Assembly (NCBI GenBank): GCA_951406725.2
Contig: OX597822.1
Span: 113,336,001 to 113,400,000 of the forward strand
Source: Octopus vulgaris
Lineage: Eukaryota
DNA length: 64,000 bases
Direction of reading: 5' to 3'
The notes beneath the pieces were generated by a model. That model did no database searches. It saw only the letters and a list, made by a program, of their open reading frames with translations, and was not told the DNA's origin. A program made the position numbers and the translations under genes. Shown here piece after piece: positions 1 through 13,627 of the stretch. Positions within the stretch are counted from its first letter, which is position 1; each line of letters begins with the position of its first letter.

Positions 1-1639
1 CTGCTAGTAATAACAGCCAAATCTTCCTCACATCACATTTTATCGCTTTTACGTTCGAGCCTACGTGAGACTAGGACTCAATCGTTAAACCACTACAATA
101 TGTAGCTACATCACCTTCATATTACACTCTACCATTTAAAGTACGTACAGTCGATAATATAGTTCTATGTACACTGTATTTGAAAATAAGATGAGATAGT
201 CACGGCTAGAACGTGTTTTATCATAGAGCTACTTAATCCAAACCGATCTGGGACTAACCAACAACAACAGGGGTTATTTGTATTTAATTCATCACTTATC
301 AGGATAGTAAAGGTGCGCGGTTTAGTGGTTAGGGTATTCGGTTTACGATTGTGGGTTCTTTTCCCAGTGGTACGTCGTGTGCTTGAGCAAACATATATAT
401 ATATATAATAAATACCAGTTGAACCCAAGGTTCGATGTAATCGACTTATCTCTTCTTCGACATTGCTAGCCTTGAACGAAAATTTGAAATCAAGAGCAGA
501 CGAAATGCTGCTAAGCATTTTGCCCGGAGTGCTTAGCGATTCTACCAGCCCATCGCCTTCTTTCAATCAATATATTAGCAATAGGAATTACGATGGCAAT
601 CATATCAGCTCAATAAAACTAGGTTGTAGTGCAGTGTGCGTGTATACTGATCGTAGCTATCAAGCTAAAATGTCCTCTGCTGTAATCTAACAGAATAAGA
701 TGATCTCAAAATCGCTGATTGCATCAGTATTTTTCAGTTCACTAAATCAAATACGTTATCAAACATGAACGATTTATTTGGCTTTCTCTTTGGATAATAT
801 ACTCATTTCGCCTCATATACTCATTACTAAAATATACTCATTACTAATATTACTAATAGCAATATACTCATTACTAAAATAAGCTCATCTTTTCAATAAT
901 CCTGAGTTAACAGCATTTCCCCAGAATAGAGTCAATACTGAAGACAATTGCTTGAAACATCACAATACCATGGAAACCAGCATTGATCAGATGTCGCAAA
1001 TGGTTTCCCTTGAACAATAGCTCTTTGTCATTTTTTAAAATTTGCTCATTACATTATTTCATTCACTGATACTGATCTAACAGAGTTCAATAGTTTTAGT
1101 GGAAATTTTGTTGAAAATTAGTGCATGTTCTACCCTAGCAGACCACAATGTGTAATCTGTAATAGAATAGAAATGTGTAACACACCAAAAGTTTGTCTAT
1201 GTTACTTTTGTTGTCCTTACAAGGATATTTGATATTTCTGCCAATTTGGCTGAATATGAACATTTTGTACTTTACCTCCTCAGATGTTGTTCTAATCAAT
1301 GTTATGGTATTTCATAACATATTTCATTCAATAGATTAAACTCTGAGCTGTTCGGCATTCAGTGTGATTTAGAGCCTTCTTTATACAATGTCCTACTTTA
1401 TTACCCCCTTTCATTCACCCTTCTGCAAGGCCCAGAAGTCTTTTTATATCTCTCGTCTGAAGATCGTATGATGACACGCCCCAAAACACAACTACCACTA
1501 TTTCATTATATGCAAACTATTACTTTGTGGATAAAGGATGGATGGAATTAGTTGGTAAGGGCCATTATAGAAAAGTTTAAAATGGAGCTAAATGCTAGAT
1601 GGGTATATCATAAGTGGTTCGGGCATATGTTCATACCTT

Positions 1640-2030
1640 ACAGAGTAGAAGTTCGTGATTGAAATTGGAAATATTCTACTTAAATATTTGTGTCACTGGA
1701 GCTTTAGTGATGGTGGAATCAGAGAGAAGGATTGACCAAGCAAGTTAATGTAACGAAGTGTGAGTTTGAGAAGCTGAGCATTGTTACAGATACCTTCGAG
1801 ATGCCCACGGAACTAGATATCTAAAAAAATATTTCGCTTCGTCTGTCTACAATCCTTTGAAGATCTGGCATGCTATGCAGTATATTAATTTAGAAGCGGT
1901 ACAACCGAAATGGTGGATTACATTGACGTAAACTTGCAGCCTTGTAGAACTGTGGTGCCGGATATATAGTATCATCGGGGACAGCAAAGATATAGATTAC
2001 AAGTTGAACGTGGCTGGGGACAACTTAGCC
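1640..2030 (-). mobile_element. Degenerate Penelope-like element, GIY-YIG endonuclease remnant
   Basis: Manual minus-strand translation of ~1795-1915 gives FGCTASKLIYCIACQIFKGL*TDEAKY..FRGHL, resembling the PLE pattern FTCxSxNLIYCIxC..C..YIGET..RFREH; contains stops. Confidence 0.5.
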
Positions 2031-2282
2031 TCTGATTAGATGGCCGTGTAGATTTTGTCCCTTTTAAAGAAGTCGGATGGAGTGTGGGTACATACTGGAG
2101 CGGTCAAGAAGTTCAACTGCTCTAATATGAAATTTGTAGAGGACAGACTGTTCAAGCAGCCGTGTCGATGAAAGGGAGGGGACCAAATGTGACCAAATGC
2201 AAATGGTAGATATCTAATCCCGTGGTCATAAGACAATGGAAAGAAAAACAAGTTATTTTGTTTGTGAATATTCATGTTAATT

Positions 2283-2932
2283 AAGGCGGTGAGTTGGCAG
2301 AGTCGTTCGCCCCCGGGCAAAGTGCTTAGTGGCATTTCATTCGCCCTTACATTCTGTGATCAAATTCCTCCGAGGTTCCATAAAATAAATACTAGTTGAG
2401 CATTGGGATCGATGTGATCTACTTAACCCTTTCTACTGAAATTGCTGGCCTTGTGCCAAAATTCGAAACTAATATTTATGCTAATATTAAAGCAGCGAGC
2501 TGGCAGGATCGTTAAGACTTCGGGTAAAATGCTTACTGGCATTTCGTTCGTCTTTACGTTCTGAGTTCAAATTCTGCTGAGAACGACTTTGCCTTTCATT
2601 CTTACGAGGTCGATAGAATAAGTACCAGTTGAACACTAGTGTCGATATAATCCACATAATCCTTCCCCCGAACTTGGCCCTCTGCCAAAATTTGAAACCA
2701 GCATTCAAGTTAATGTTAAGGCGGTGAGGTGGCAGAATCGTTAGCATGCCGGACAAAATATTTAGCGATATTTTGTCCGTCTTTACGTTCTGTGTTCAAA
2801 TTCTACAAGTGCCCCCTTTTCTTTTCCTGTCGGAGTCGATAAAATAAGTACCAGCTGAGTACTGGGGTCGATGTAATTGACTTACCCCTAACCCCCGACG
2901 TTGTTGGTCTGGTATCAAAATTTGAAACCAAT
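2283..2932 (+). mobile_element. Three tandem copies of SINE family B
   Basis: Unit aaggcggtgagctggcagaatcgttag..gagttcaaattc..aagtaccagttga..ggtcgatgtaatcgactt starts at ~2283, ~2488 and ~2717; B-box-like GAGTTCAAATTC. Confidence 0.8.
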
Positions 2933-3478
2933 ATTGATGTCTATGTCTCGCTGTTATACACTAAACAAATTTATTTGTTCAACAGAGCAGAGCTGTGTGG
3001 TTAGGAAATTCGACACAGCATAATGTAAGTTTGGGTCAAGTCTCAGTGAGAGACGTCCTTAGTAATCTCTGTTTTAACCTGAAGTTGACCTTCTTCCAAC
3101 AATCAAATAATGTAACTAAACAAAATTTAATTAAGAAAAATATTCTTCAGCTTTGAAGAAGACAGAATGTGTCCTCAACCATCTCAACAAAGCATTGGGT
3201 TTTTTTTTTTTGAAACTTTAGTTATGATTTCTGACTGGACTTGTTCTGGCGGATTGTCATTAGAGGACTACACTTTTTTGGATGGATTTATTTCATGATT
3301 ACAAAAGCTTCCTGGACAAATACTAATTTCAAAGTACCTTCTAATTTATGTTTTGACTTGTTTCGATCTTAAAATGCAAATAAAGTCAATGAACTACGTT
3401 GGACATGTTAAATTTATTCTAATATATCAAAATTACTGACTCACAGTTTTAATAAATATTAACTTCAAGAGTTTTATA

Positions 3479-3696
3479 CAGAGTGTCCTAGAAGTTGCGC
3501 ACCATTCTGGTTTTCATTTAAGATAATTAAAGCATTTTATTGTATTTTTTCTGTAAAGCATTTTATTGTATTTTATTGTAGAGGGTACTCAATTTGGGCA
3601 TTTGTTACAATTAATTTTAATAAAGTGTTTTTCAAAATCAATAAGGATATATTCTTTTAAAAAACCAGGGTGGTACGCGACTTCTGGGATACCCTG
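3479..3696. mobile_element. Tc1/mariner-type MITE
   Basis: Imperfect TIRs cagagtgtcctagaagttgcgcacca / tggtacgcgacttctgggataccctg, with TA on both flanks. Confidence 0.75.
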
Positions 3697-5314
3697 TATA
3701 TATCGAAAGTACATTGTTCAGTGCTGTTACTTTCCTGATAATAAAAGCGTAGGTTGGCTAGTGAATGGGAACAAAAATCCTAATGCTACACGCACTATAG
3801 TATAGTTAAGGAAAAATGGTGTTTATATTTTGAATGATATTTCAGACTGTGGTATCTCTCTTCTTGTTAAATATTTCAGTATTAAATTTGAGTGAAGGAT
3901 AAATTAAGAAAGTGTCAACGCCGGATCAGAAATCGAAAACCCTGCATGTCAGCATTTACTTGGTTGTTATACATTTTTTTAGAGTTCATCCAACATTTAA
4001 CTCCTATTCTTCAATGTCAAGTGTCACTTTCAGATTTACAATCTATACCAATCCATTAAGATCAAATATCAAATTTAATTGTCAGTCTTATATATTAGTA
4101 ATTAATTAATGACACTCTAGCCTTGTATTCAGTCTTCCAATAAAATATGTTTGCTACACCAAACTTCATTTACGCCGGTAACTAACAACTAATTTTATCC
4201 ACTTTAAGGAGACACGAAAAATATAATTCCTTCACACAGTCTTGAATTTCATAAAATACGTATAAATAGGGAACAAGCAGATCAACGATGTCCTACTTTA
4301 TACAGTTAAGCATTATATCATAAATTGATTTATAAAACAGAATGCTTTTTATAGTATCTTCTTATGAAAAGACAGGCAGGATATCACATAACTCCTACTT
4401 TGTGTATCTGGAGTGGAAACATGTCGTTCTTTATGAAACAGAGATAAAGTAGGGTAACGTGCCATATTGCTGTTGATGAAATATCTTATGTACTCGACAG
4501 GAACAAACTCGAGTAATGTATATGTGGCTCGTTTTAAGATGATGTATTATGAAGTAAGACGTAAATTGTTAGTTTAATTTAACAAAGTCGTAGTCAAACA
4601 GTATTTGTCGACAAGGAATTTGCACCTGAAATAATTTTTGGATAGATCTGAAATACGTTTTGAGACGCTGATTTGAAAACTGCCATTGGTAGAGAAGTAA
4701 CACTTAGTTTTAAGATGAGGCCAACTATTTGTCTAAACAAAGACGAATACAGTTGTGCTCTTGGAAGCTGTGGGGTCATCCGAGCATAGAAGATGCGCAT
4801 TATATGTAATTCAATGGTACAACAGTGTAAGAGTTTGCTTTGACATACACTTAGATTGTGATTTCTGCAATGTGCTGCATAAATTGTCAAGTAAATGAGA
4901 GGCATCTTTGTCTCCACTGATTCAGTTGCAAAGTGTTCAGTAAAGTTATTTGATTGCAGATCTACTTTCAGTCTTTTTATTATCACTGGGTCACACAAGG
5001 TCCCCACATGGTAACATTGATTTTAAGGCCTTCCCAGATGAGTGACTGGTTATTCAAAGACATTTATAGATTGTATATTTATTCTGTCCAGTTACGTATC
5101 AGTATAGTGGTCATTTGCAAACTCCAACTTTCATTTCTCCTTAGCCCTCACGTCACACAGTTGTTAATGTTGATTTCAGTTGGGTCACGCCCTTCCAATT
5201 GCTATATATTCGTAATGCATCTTACGGCTGTGCCTGTCACCTGCATGGTGAGGAATCCTACATTGGGAATGGTAACGACTAGGGTAGGGTAACTGACTGC
5301 TTATTGTGATCATT

Positions 5315-5572
5315 CATCTTTTGGTTTCCTGTAGCTTTGCTCTCTTTTACAAACCCAGTGAACATATATTTCCTATTTCAAAGAAATTCAAACAATAGAT
5401 ATAAGACCCAAGTTAAAAAGATTCTCAACAATTCAACTTCCCTGGTTGACATTAAGATGCCCACCCCCAACAGGGGCCTTAACTCTCACATTTTAGAGCT
5501 CTATGACCTTCATTTTTCAGGAGCAAAATCTTTTTAACAGGTTCAATAAGACTGGAATTTTGGAATATGCGC
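5315..5572 (+). repeat. ~250 bp block duplicated at ~26166-26420
   Basis: Near-identical tcttttggtttcctgtagctttgctctc...aattttggaatatgc at both sites. Confidence 0.85.
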
Positions 5573-5574
5573 AT

Positions 5575-5764
5575 AAAAATTAGTAGTATGGGATAAATGT
5601 GGCACGATTACAATTTTTTGGTGTGTGTAAAGAGGGAAATAACCCTCATCTGCAATTTTGATGAAATTCGAAACATAGATATTCCAGTTCATTAGAGAAA
5701 ATATAACAGAAAAATCTAATTCTTCAATTGTATGTAACACGGGCAACGCCGGGTATCTCTGCTA

Positions 5765-5818
<54 letters not shown>

Positions 5819-5850
5819 AGCATTAAAGACCCGTCGTTGCCGGGTCATAG
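5575..5850. mobile_element. Helitron-like 3' ends flanking an (AT)n run
   Basis: acgggcaacgccgggtatctctgCTAGT at ~5739-5766; related inverted motif gacccgtcgttgccgggtc at ~5828; (AT)n 5766-5816. Confidence 0.5.
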
Positions 5851-6048
5851 TGCTAGTGCATGTATATATGTGTATATATATGTGTACATATTACATGTAC
5901 ATCTATATATATACATCTACACATAAAATACAAAGTTATAACTTGATATCGCTAGTGATGACAATACTCAAAATATATAACAGACTGGAATTGTAGGCCC
6001 GTGTCTTGCAATTTTGATCAATTGGATCTTGTATATATATATATATAT

Positions 6049-6098
<50 letters not shown>

Positions 6099-6453
6099 CA
6101 CATATATACATATATACACATATATACATACACGCATATATACACGCAGACACATATAAACGCAAACACACATATATGTATATAATTATCCGACGTATAG
6201 TAAACTTGCCAGCGTTCTTTGTTCGAAGTAGAATCGCTGAGCCAGAACATGACATATAGTTAAGAATATAATTATATGTGTTATAGTAAACATGGTGCAG
6301 GCGCAATGGCCCACCGTTCCAAAATATCAAGAAGTAAGAACGATTGTCTTATTTATTCACCTTTACAAAAAAAAAAAGAAAAAAAAAAAAAAAACCTTGC
6401 TTGTTTCTCTGCTGCCTGTGTGTCCAGTGTGACTGTGTGTGGCTTGTGTGTGT

Positions 6454-6840
6454 GGAGGCGCAATGGCCCAGAGGTTAGGGCAGCGGACTCGCGGTCATAG
6501 GATCGCGGTTTCGATTCCCAGACCGGGCGTTGTGAGTGTTTATTGAGTGAAAACACCTAAAAGCTCCACGAGGCTCCGGCAGGGGATGGTGGTGATCCCT
6601 GCTGTACTCTTTCACCACAACTTTCTCTCACTCTTACTTCCTGTTTCTGTTGTACCTGTATTTCAAAGGGCCGGCCTTGTCACTCTCTGTGTCACGCTGA
6701 ATATCCCCGAGAACTACGTTAAGGGTACGCGTGTCTGTAGAGTGCTCAGCCACTTACACGTTAATTTCACGAGCAGGCAGTTCCGTTGATTCGGATCAAC
6801 CGCAACCCTCATCGTCGTAACCGACGGAGTGCTTCCATCC
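6454..6840 (+). mobile_element. tRNA-derived SINE family A
   Basis: Head ggaggcgcaatggcccag.ggttagggcagcggactcgcgg with A-box-like TGGCCCAG.GG and B-box-like GGTTTCGATTCCC; shared with 34612 and 36075. Confidence 0.85.
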
Positions 6841-7284
6841 ATAGGAAACATATTTTTAAGTTCTACTGATTTCTTTCTCGCTTTCATAATCATATTAAAA
6901 ATTGATCTCCCGACAACAACCACAAAAACAATGAGTCTAACATTGGGAAAACAGCAACAACAAGTGAAATCAAAAGACAAATATAAAGAGTGAAAAGTAC
7001 CGTGTTTGCAGGAATAATGATCCATGCGTAACAATACTGTGACCATCCCTCACTGCATCTCGTGATATCACGAGACAATGGCGGCACCATTAGGTATTCA
7101 TTTGTATTGCTAGATATAGCAGCCAAATTCTTTGAAATCACATCCTACAGCTTTAGGAAAGCATACGTTGGAAAATATGTTCCTGAATTCTTTGCATAAT
7201 GGAAACAGATAGGAAAGTCATGGTTGAATGATTTCCTTCATAAATTTGTTCAATTAGGGACTATCTGGGAGTAAACAGCAGCAG

Positions 7285-7850
7285 ATTCCCAGATCGGGCA
7301 TTGTGGGTGTTTATTGAGCAAAAATACCTAAGCTCCACGAGGCTCCGGCGGGGGGTGGGTGGTGAACCCCGCTGTACTCTTTCACCACAGATTTCTTTCA
7401 TTCTTTCTTCCTACTTCTGCCACAAAGCAGAGGAACCATGGTGTAACCCACTATGCTGTGGTAAAACTTTCAGACCCTAGTCTAGATGGCGAATCCTCTG
7501 TACCTCAGGATGGTTCAGCTCTCCACCCGTTAAAAAAACCCACCGTTTACGGAATGAGGATAACAACGTAGCTTTCGCGCCCGTGCAACTGCCAGTCTAT
7601 GGCGTGTGATTCGTGGATCTTCAAGTAGCCACGCGCATTCTTAGTAGCTTAGAGTAGGCTCTAATTAGAGATTATTCTTTGTGGCTAATGGCGGGAGTCC
7701 TGCTTAGAAGAAGAAGAAGAAGAAGAAGAAGAAGAAGAAGAAGAAGAAGAAGAAGAAGAAGAAGAAGAAGAAGAAGAAGAAGAAGAAGAAGAAGAAGAAG
7801 AACAAGAACAAGAACAAGAACAAGAACAAGAACAAGAACAAGAAGAAGAA
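7285..7850 (+). mobile_element. 5'-truncated SINE family A variant ending in (GAA)n/(GAACAA)n
   Basis: Shares gattcccagatcggg..gtttattgagc..agctccacgaggctccggc..gctgtactctttcaccac; distinct body; (GAA)n 7708-7850. Confidence 0.65.
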
Positions 7851-7949
7851 GACTGCAGCAGCAGCATGAAGAAGACCCTATGCAAACACGACAAATTAGA
7901 AATAGCAACCAAGATCTCTCCTCATATGACATTCTGAAGCCCTAGAAAT

Positions 7950-9205
7950 GTTAGTTAGTTAGTAAGTTAGTTAATTTGGCTCAAAAGCAAATAGCAAGGC
8001 CTTGTAGGGGGACATGGAGTTAAGTACAGGGTGGTGTTCATGTAAAGAGTTCAGGCCACTTGAGTTCAAGGAGGCTTTGAACAAAGCGGTCGTCGGCATC
8101 TTCACCATCTCATCTGGCAGCTTGTTCCACGGATCCGCAACCCGGACGGGGAAAGCTCCTCTCCTTCGATTGAGATGAAATCGTCGCAGGTAGAGCTTTT
8201 CGGAATGACCCCGCAGCTGACGCTCTGGAGCAGGAGTGAAGAACAGCTCTTTCGAGAGGTTACACTTTCCGCTTATGATGTTGTGGGCGAGAATGAGATC
8301 ACCACGGCGGCGGCGTTTTTCAAGAGAATAAAGGTCGAGCGTCCTCAGCCTTTCTTCGTAGGACAAATTTTTGAGACCATGAACCATGCGGGTAGCCAGC
8401 TTCTGGACTCTTTCGAGATGCTGTATGTCTTTGAGGAGATAAGGAGAAGAGGCTTGAATCCCATACTCCAATATGGGTCTCACCAGCGTGACATAGAGTG
8501 GTAGGAATATGGCTGCTGTGAGCATTCCGAATGACCGTCGAATCAAGAACAGAATTCCGCGTGCTTTGTTGGCAGCATGGACACACTGGGCCGAAGGCGA
8601 AAAGGAGGAATCCACCAAGATACCCAGGTCTTTTACCTGATCGGTCCTCTCCAGCAGCAGACGACCCGGCTCGAAATCAAGTTGAGTTGCAGGAGTAGAG
8701 CCGACAGGCAGATGACAGCACTTTGACACGTTCAGACACAGGTCCCAATCGTTAGACCACTTCCAAATTTGGTGGAGGCATCGACGAAGATCCTCTATAT
8801 TACCGCGAGGAGCGACCAGTTTGATATCGTCGGCAAATAGAAGGGTGTGTTGCGTGAGGTCGTCGGGCAAGTCATTTATGAAGACTAAGAACAACAAGGG
8901 CCCAAGCACTGAACCTTGAGGCACGCCACTGCTCGCACTGGAGACGTTGGACCGCGAACCATTAACTTGGACTTGGAAGGAGCGATCTGAGAGGAAGGCA
9001 CCAACCCATCGTACAATATCCGGATGGAAACTATATGCTTGAAGCTTGACAAGTAATAGGCGGTGGTTTTCCCGAGTCAAAAGCTTTGGCAAAGTCCAAT
9101 AAAACGATGTCAACAGCGTCACTATCATCGAGGATGCGCGTCACCAATTCTTCCATTACTAGTAAGTTGGTCAAGCATGATCTCTTCGGCACGAAGCCGT
9201 GAAGT
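7950..9205 (-). mobile_element. 5'-truncated CR1/L2-group LINE, RT and C-terminus
   Basis: ORF 7971-9128 has GVPQGSVLGPLLFLVFINDL, LLFADD, VKDLG, LERVQ and RRRRGDLI; 3' (CTAA)n tail. Confidence 0.92.
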
Positions 9206-9319
9206 GATCACCGTGTAATGTAGTTTGGGTGCATCGCACTGGGTGAACAGATAGGGTGGCCATAGTTGGAATAATTTTGATTGTAGCTCTGCTTTGTCAG
9301 CGTTGTCTTGAGATTAAAC

Positions 9320-9388
9320 AGCTACAACAGCAGCAGCAACAACAATAACAACATCAACTAACACACCACCACCACCACCACCACCACC

Positions 9389-9443
<55 letters not shown>

Positions 9444-9445
9444 GC
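9320..9445 (+). repeat. Compound (CAG/CAA/CAC)n microsatellite
   Basis: Direct reading. Confidence 0.9.
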
Positions 9446-9596
9446 ATGAGCAATTCGACCATCAACACAGATCAAACTAAAAGCAGCAAAAAGACGAGCT
9501 GGTCACTGTTGGAATGCATTTAATCATATATCAGCTCGATTAGGCTTCAGCTGGTTCTAAAGAAAAACAACAACAAAACCGTCTCCACCACAGCTA

Positions 9597-10145
9597 TTGG
9601 GTTGTCCGGAAAGTTCGTGCCGATTTATAGTAGCTTACCTTTCGACTTATTTTAGAACATGGTTGAGTCCATAAAATAGGATTTGACTACATCTCCATTT
9701 AGAGCACAGTTTAAGCTATCTTTCATGGAAGAAGGTTTATGTGCCTATAACCTGTGTTAATTCTGTAACTCTTTAAAATGGATGATAAGAAAGTTCATTT
9801 TAAACACTTGATGCTTTTCTTTTTCCGTAAAGGAAAAATGCCTCACAGGCAACCAAAGAAAAATGCGCAATTTATGGTGATGTTTCTTTATCCGAAAGAA
9901 CCGTACGGAAGTGGTTCGCAAGGTTCCGAGCTGGAGATTGTAGCCTTATTGATAAACAGCGATCGGGCAGACCATCCACAACATATGATGACCAAATCAA
10001 GTCATTAATTGAGAATAACCCACATTGGACAACCCGAGAATTGGAAGAAAGCCTCAACCTATCAAAATCCGTCGTTCATGAGCACCGGGTAAATCTTGGG
10101 TACCTTTTTCTTTCCTTTAAAAATCGGCAGGAACTTTCCGGCCAA
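9597..10145 (+). mobile_element. Internally deleted mariner retaining the transposase N-terminus
   Basis: TA + TIR ttgggttgtccggaaagttcgtgccgattt; right TIR aaatcggcaggaactttccggccaa; MDDKKVHFKHLMLFFFRKGK is a mariner-like N-terminus. Confidence 0.85.
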
Positions 10146-11225
10146 AGTGAGAACGATGAGAGAAATTCTCCTCCTTCGATTAGTGACATTGCAAACTACG
10201 TTCCAGCAAGGTCCGCCTCCACACGGTACCAAATGAAAGGATTTAGTAGATGGTATCCTTTTCCCTATCAGGTTTTTAAGGAAAACTGGAATATTGGAAT
10301 GAGTTAGCATATCGATTCGTCTTCTTTCATGTATCTAGCTTATAAAACTGTCTAAAAACAACAAAAACAAAATCGACCGCAACAATAGCAGCAGCAACAA
10401 CAATAATAACACCTAAAACACCCAAAACAGCAACAATTGGCCAAACAACAACATTAAAAACAGCAATAACTACATCCACCGCCGATAGACTAAAAAACAA
10501 AAACAAAAACAAAAATGGAAACATGAAAGATAAAAGTAAAAAAAACGCAGCGAACAGCTAAAATATGAATCCAACAAGAATGGACAGTAATAAAAAGTGA
10601 AACAATTAAAACAACAGCGGTTCAGTCAGCCACATCAACAGACGTTGACGACAACCGATCCAGTTTTAATTTAAATATTGTGAAATCCCAAACCTGTTTA
10701 GTACTTCCTTCCTTTCTCTCCTGAACTGTGTTCATGTCAATTTGAAAGTATTCATTATTTTTGAGACCATTTATCGATTAGGAAATGTTTTCTGTCGCTG
10801 GCAGAGTTGATTAGGGTGACTATGAATTTCAGAATAAATATTAACGAGAACTATAATAATGGACGTAGTATAAATCTCTTCGTCGTTTCCCTACATATTT
10901 CTCGCTCTGTTGTGAAGGTATAGTTATTTCTAGGTACAGTATGGCTGAATGGTTAAGAACTTCGCTCCCCAACTTCGAGGCTACAGGAATTTTGGAGAAA
11001 TGGAATTTTGCGTGGAATTTTGGAGAAATGCCATTTTCTCTCGCCTCGGGTCAACTCATACGTTGTAAGGGAAATTAAACAGATAGAAAATCTACAGAAA
11101 AGCTCATGGAGTGGATTGCACCTCAAATTCAAAATGTGCAGCCGTGTCACATACTGAACTACGCTAATTCTGTTTGAGAATTACGTTAAAGGCACATGTG
11201 CCTGTGGAATGCTCAGCCAGTTATA

Positions 11226-11311
11226 CGCAGGAGTGGCTGTGTGGTAAGTAGCTTGCTTACCAACCACATGGTTCCCGGTTCAGGCCCACTGCGTGGCACC
11301 TTGAGCAAGTG
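11226..11311 (+). mobile_element. Truncated SINE family C head
   Basis: cgcaggagtggctgtgtggtaagtagcttgcttaccaaccacatggttcc.. Confidence 0.8.
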
Positions 11312-13082
11312 TTTGATGAGCCTTTGTAGGGCTTCTTCTGTGTGTGATACCAGAGCGGCATCATCAGCAAATAGCATCTCCTTGATCAGGACGCTTCTGA
11401 TTTTGGTCTTGGCACGCAGACGCGAGAGATTGAACAGTTTCCCATCACTTATACTGTGCAGAAACACTCCATCATCTGATGTCACAAAGGCATGTGACAG
11501 CATCAGCGAGAAGAAGACGCCAAATAATGTAGGAGCAAGGACACAACCTTGCTTCACCCCATTTTTCATTTGGAAGGCGGCTGATGTTGAACCATTGTGC
11601 TGTATGGTGCCTTGCATATCATCATGGAAAGATGTGATGATCCTCAGCAGCTTTGGTGGACATCCGATTTTTTGGAGCAGGATGAAGAGGCCTTTTCTAC
11701 TTACTAAGTCAAAGGCCTTTGTCCGATCAATGAAGGCCGTATATAATGGCATTTTCTGCTCTCTGGACTTCTGAAGTTGGCGTATGGAGAATATCATGTC
11801 AATAGTTGATCTGCTTCTTCTAAACCCACACTGCGATTCTGGATGAATTCTAGAAGCAAGCAGTTGCAGCCTGGACAGGGTAATGCGAGCAGAGGCCTTT
11901 CCAACAGTGCTTAGAAGAGATAATCTACGGTAATTGTTACAATCACCACGTTCACCTTTGTTTTTGTAAAGTGTAATGATGTTAGCATCCCACATATCCT
12001 GAGGGACTGTACCCTCTTCCCAGCACTGACACAGAAGCTCATGAATGTGCCGAAGCAGGATGGTGTTTTTGCCGGTTTTGATGATCTCTAAGGGAATGCC
12101 GTCTTTTCCCGGAGCCTTGTTACTTGCTAGGGAGTCAATAGCCTTGGTGAGCTCTGCTATAGATGGCAGACTGTCAAGTTCACACATAACTGGCAAGATC
12201 TTGACACCCTCGATTGCAGCCTCACCTACCGTGGTCTCTCGTGGGTACAGATCCTGGTAGTACTCCACTCATCTATCCATTTGCTTGCTTTGGTCCTTGA
12301 TGAGATCCCCAGTAGTTGATTTCAGAGGGGCTGACTTGGTTGCGGATGGACCGAGGGCCTTCTTCAAACCGGCATACATCCCACGGGCGTCGCCACTGTC
12401 AGCAGCTGACTGGATTCTCTGACAGATTTCCTGCCAATACCTATTTGCAGAGCGTTTGGCAGTCAGTTGGGTTTTATTTCTTGCCTTTCTGAGTTCTTCG
12501 AGTGACTTTATAGATGAATCACTCTTGTATTACATCAGAGCTGCACGCTTTGTTTCGATAACTATTTCCAGCTCTGAGAGCCCAGCACTGAACAAAATCT
12601 GGGTTTTGCCTTTCTCTCATGCCGAAAGGATCTATTGATGTGGTATACAAAGCTTCCCTGATATAATTTCACCTACTTTCAGCAGAGGAGGTTGGGCAGC
12701 TACTGAGGGCAACTTTGATAGAAACAGCAAAACATTGTCGCAGTGTAGTGTCGGAGGTTCTGGCAGTGTTAATGTGTGGTCGGCCCATTTTCTTGGAGTG
12801 ATGGCCTTTTTAGGCAGAATCCTCACCCTGCTTCTTATTAGTGAATGATGTATGTCGCAATCCGCGCTGTGGTAACTACGAGTCAGTTGAACAGAATTCA
12901 GAAAGGGTCTTCGTGTAATGATGAGATCCAGCTGATGCCAGTGGTGAGATCTTGGATGTCTCCAAGATGCCTTGTGGGATGTCTTGTTGGCAAAGAATGT
13001 GTTAGTGATGCACAGGTTATGGTATGTGCAAAATTCAAGTAGTCTCTGGCCATTGTCATTCATGTTGCCAATACCAAAACAC
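11312..13082 (-). mobile_element. Degenerate RTE-clade LINE (APE end + RT)
   Basis: NDNGQRLLEFC..LCITNTFF..SWRHPRS.HWHQLD (APE); KAPGKDGIP, PESQCGFR, KAFDLV, GVKQGCVLAPTLF, LFADD (RT); frameshifted. Confidence 0.92.
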
Positions 13083-13142
13083 ATACACTTACATATATAC
13101 ATATATATACGATCGATTTGTTTCAGTTCCTGTCTACGAAAT

Positions 13143-13200
<58 letters not shown>

Positions 13201-13229
13201 ATATATGTATATATATATTTATATATAAT

Positions 13230-13627
13230 AAGCGCAGGAGTGGCTGTGTGGTAAGTAACTTGTTTACCAACCACATGGTTCCGGATTCAGTCCCACTGCG
13301 TGGCACCTTGGGCAAGTGTCTTCTATTATAGCCTCGGGCCGACCAAAGCATTGTGAGTGGATTTGGTAGAGGGAAACTGAAAAGAAGCCCGTCGTATATA
13401 TGTATATATATATGCGTGTGTGTGTTTGTGTGTCCCCCTAGCATTGCTTGACAACCGGTGCTGGTGTGTTTATGTCCCCGTTACTTAGCGGTTCGGCAAA
13501 AGAGACCGATAGAATAAGTACTGGGCTTACAAAAGAATAAGTCCCGTGGTCGAGTTGCTCGATTAAAGGCGGTGCTCCAGCATGGCCGCAGTCAAATGAC
13601 TGAAACAAGTAAAAGAATAAAAAGAGT
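13230..13627 (+). mobile_element. Full-length SINE family C
   Basis: Head gcaggagtggctgtgtggtaag; tail ggtgctccagcatggccgcagtcaaatgactgaaacaagtaaaagag; also at 31688 and 37363. Confidence 0.88.

Noticed and set aside
6454-6530. tRNA gene
   Set aside because: A/B boxes belong to a multi-copy SINE head; no convincing cloverleaf or terminator
7580-7700. HDV-like ribozyme suggested by ggctaatgg
   Set aside because: No P3/L3/P1 arrangement found; gtggcta pairs simply with tagccac
7950-7975. Telomere-like TTAG repeats (also 40103-40120)
   Set aside because: They are the (CTAA)n 3' tail of the CR1/L2-like LINE
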